Source: Candidatus Woesearchaeota archaeon
GTDB taxonomy: Archaea; Nanobdellota; Nanobdellia; Pacearchaeales; GW2011-AR1
Assembly (NCBI GenBank): GCA_964366325.1
Contig: CAYITD010000001.1
Location: forward strand, 119,634 to 183,633
Length of the DNA stretch: 64,000 nucleotides
Direction of reading: 5' to 3'
The position numbers and the translations under genes are program-made. Positions within the stretch are counted from its first letter, which is position 1, and every line of letters starts with the position of its first letter. Below, piece after piece: positions 62,361 through 64,000 of this stretch. The notes under the pieces are model-generated. The model was not told the origin of the DNA. It ran no database searches and saw nothing but the letters and a program-made list of their open reading frames with translations.

Positions 62361-63983
62361 ATGGCACAAACACTAGACGTTAGAGTTAATGAAGCATGGA
62401 GTGATGCATTAAAGAGTTGGAACTCTCCTTCAGTTCCTTATGTCATTGCTCCTTCCAATCTTAAAGAAGTTAGAGGAATGGGAGAAATTGGAAAAGCTTT
62501 GGAAGGAGAATTCGCTTTTATGAAATATCCTGAATTTCAAACCTATATGAATCTCGAAAGAATTGTACAGAAATTCCCAACTGATCCTCAACGTGCAGCG
62601 AAAGCAATTGCAAAACATGAAGTGGGTCATAGGTTTTGCCCTTATGATATTGTTACGCTCATTACTTTAAATCATGCTATGAGTAAGGCATTGGAAGCTC
62701 AGAAAATTCCTTATGATGCAAAAGCAGCTGCGCAAAATATTATGAATTTATTTACTGATACTTGCATTAACACTCGTCTTGTTCAGAAGGGAGACGAAGA
62801 CATTTCTTGGGTGTATCAAGGGTTAAGTAAAGAAAAGAAAGGCAGCAAGTTATGGAATGTGTATGGAAGAAGTATGGAACTTATTTGGAAAAGGGATATT
62901 TTGCCGAAAAAGACAAAGTTGAGTGCCGAAGAGAAAACTAGTGCGCAAGATCTAGCAGAATTGTTTACCAGAGATTACTTTAATAGAGATACTTGGAAAG
63001 ATAATGGCATCCGTTATGCTGAAATTATAAGCAAGTTCTTAGAAAATGAAGAACAGGATGGAGATAGTGGGCTTGATAATAGCCTAGGCAATAACTTGCC
63101 TAAAACTATTGATGAAAAAACTGCGCAAGATCTAGCAAAACGTCTGGCTCAAATTGGTAGCGATGGATTGCCACAGAATGCTGAAGGAATGAAAGAATTC
63201 CAGGAAATCATGGCAGGATATGGAAAAGGGGACGCAATACAAGCAAGCATTCAGTTTTATGATATGCTTTCAAAATCTTATGACGTTATGTTTGCGACAA
63301 GACCTTTTGGAAGACCAAGAACAAATCCTTTCCAACCTGTAAAGTGGAATCCTTCAATGGGAACGGAGAGACTTGATGTTGATTATTCAATACATGCAGG
63401 AGGCAAAATTATTCCTGGAGTCAATACTTATGCATGGAACACACGTAAACGAGATGCTTTCGGAGGTCTTGAAGAAGTAGTACCTAATTTAGATATTTAT
63501 TTAGATACTTCAATGAGCATGCCTAATCCTATTCAGCAAATCAGTTTGCCTGTGTTAGCAGGCTTTGTTGTTGCTAAAAAAGCCCACAGAAAGGGAGCAA
63601 ATATTCGTGTAACTAATTTTAGCGGTAAAGGACAATCCGTGACACAAGATAATACGCGCGAATTAAATAAAGTATTTGAGACTCTGGTAGTCCACTATAA
63701 TGGCGGAACAGTGTTTCCAACAGCCACATTAAGTGAGGGGACAGATCCTAGACAAGTTTTAATTATAACTGATACTTTTTTGGGAAATGAAGCTGAAACA
63801 ACAAATGCGGTTAGTAATTTAAGGTCTAGAAATAAAGCTAATAAAGTAACAGTATACGAAATTCACCCAGGGAGTCACGGAAGTTATTTACGTGGAGCTG
63901 GAGCCGAAGTAATTAATGGAACAACTACAGATATATTTAAACGGGTAATAGGTAAAGCCAACGAGGTGTACGCAAATGCATAA
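62361..63983 (+). CDS. HExxH metallopeptidase-like + vWA (MIDAS) protein
   Basis: KHEVGHR in the N-terminal half; YLDTSMSM, GGT, IITD MIDAS elements. Confidence 0.85.
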   Translation: MAQTLDVRVNEAWSDALKSWNSPSVPYVIAPSNLKEVRGMGEIGKALEGEFAFMKYPEFQTYMNLERIVQKFPTDPQRAAKAIAKHEVGHRFCPYDIVTLITLNHAMSKALEAQKIPYDAKAAAQNIMNLFTDTCINTRLVQKGDEDISWVYQGLSKEKKGSKLWNVYGRSMELIWKRDILPKKTKLSAEEKTSAQDLAELFTRDYFNRDTWKDNGIRYAEIISKFLENEEQDGDSGLDNSLGNNLPKTIDEKTAQDLAKRLAQIGSDGLPQNAEGMKEFQEIMAGYGKGDAIQASIQFYDMLSKSYDVMFATRPFGRPRTNPFQPVKWNPSMGTERLDVDYSIHAGGKIIPGVNTYAWNTRKRDAFGGLEEVVPNLDIYLDTSMSMPNPIQQISLPVLAGFVVAKKAHRKGANIRVTNFSGKGQSVTQDNTRELNKVFETLVVHYNGGTVFPTATLSEGTDPRQVLIITDTFLGNEAETTNAVSNLRSRNKANKVTVYEIHPGSHGSYLRGAGAEVINGTTTDIFKRVIGKANEVYANA

Positions 63984-64000
63984 TTCTTTTAGACCCTTAT

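Noticed and set aside
62331..62370. Hairpin/cruciform downstream of the VR, as in many DGRs
   Set aside because: Only a 5-bp inverted repeat (GTGCC/GGCAC) with a long spacer; too weak to call.
1..64000. CRISPR array, cas genes, rRNA genes, IS transposases
   Set aside because: No regularly spaced repeats, rRNA-like GC-rich segments or transposase motifs seen.

Overview
AT-rich window from a small-genome DPANN archaeon, most likely Pacearchaeota. Support for that assignment: archaeal ribosomal and RNAP genes, TATA-driven and largely leaderless genes, a pacearchaeosortase-like gene, an S-layer protein and class III signal-peptide pilins. Most of the window is housekeeping: gltX, rpsJ, thyX/tmk, two pyrH, serS, ileS, leuS, pepF, rpoP, pfdB, sepF, pop5, uS9/uL13/eL18, tRNA-Ser(GGA) and tRNA-Trp(CCA), mixed with orphan ORFs. 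The best-supported signal is a diversity-generating retroelement (DGR) at the right end. Its RT is at 58338-59474 (-), its template repeat at 59498-59583 (-) and its variable repeat at 62245-62330 (+), with 17 of 86 positions differing, all at TR adenines. The diversified target gene lies inside an AbrB / MoxR ATPase / target / HExxH-vWA operon. No Avd gene is visible at the locus; instead the TR sits inside a ~300-nt TATA-preceded region with nested base-pairing. The RT contains a G11 tract, and a dif-like site lies at the locus edge. Other notable items: a split eukaryote-type OGFOD1/Tpa1 hydroxylase, a repeat-containing nuclease gene fused into the 5' end of tRNA-Trp, a dispersed family of covarying hairpin elements (two of them in-frame in pilin leaders), a LeuRS with an inserted nucleotidyltransferase domain, and an IleRS with a GVHH signature. 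All product calls come from motif recognition by eye; no database searches or folding programs were run.
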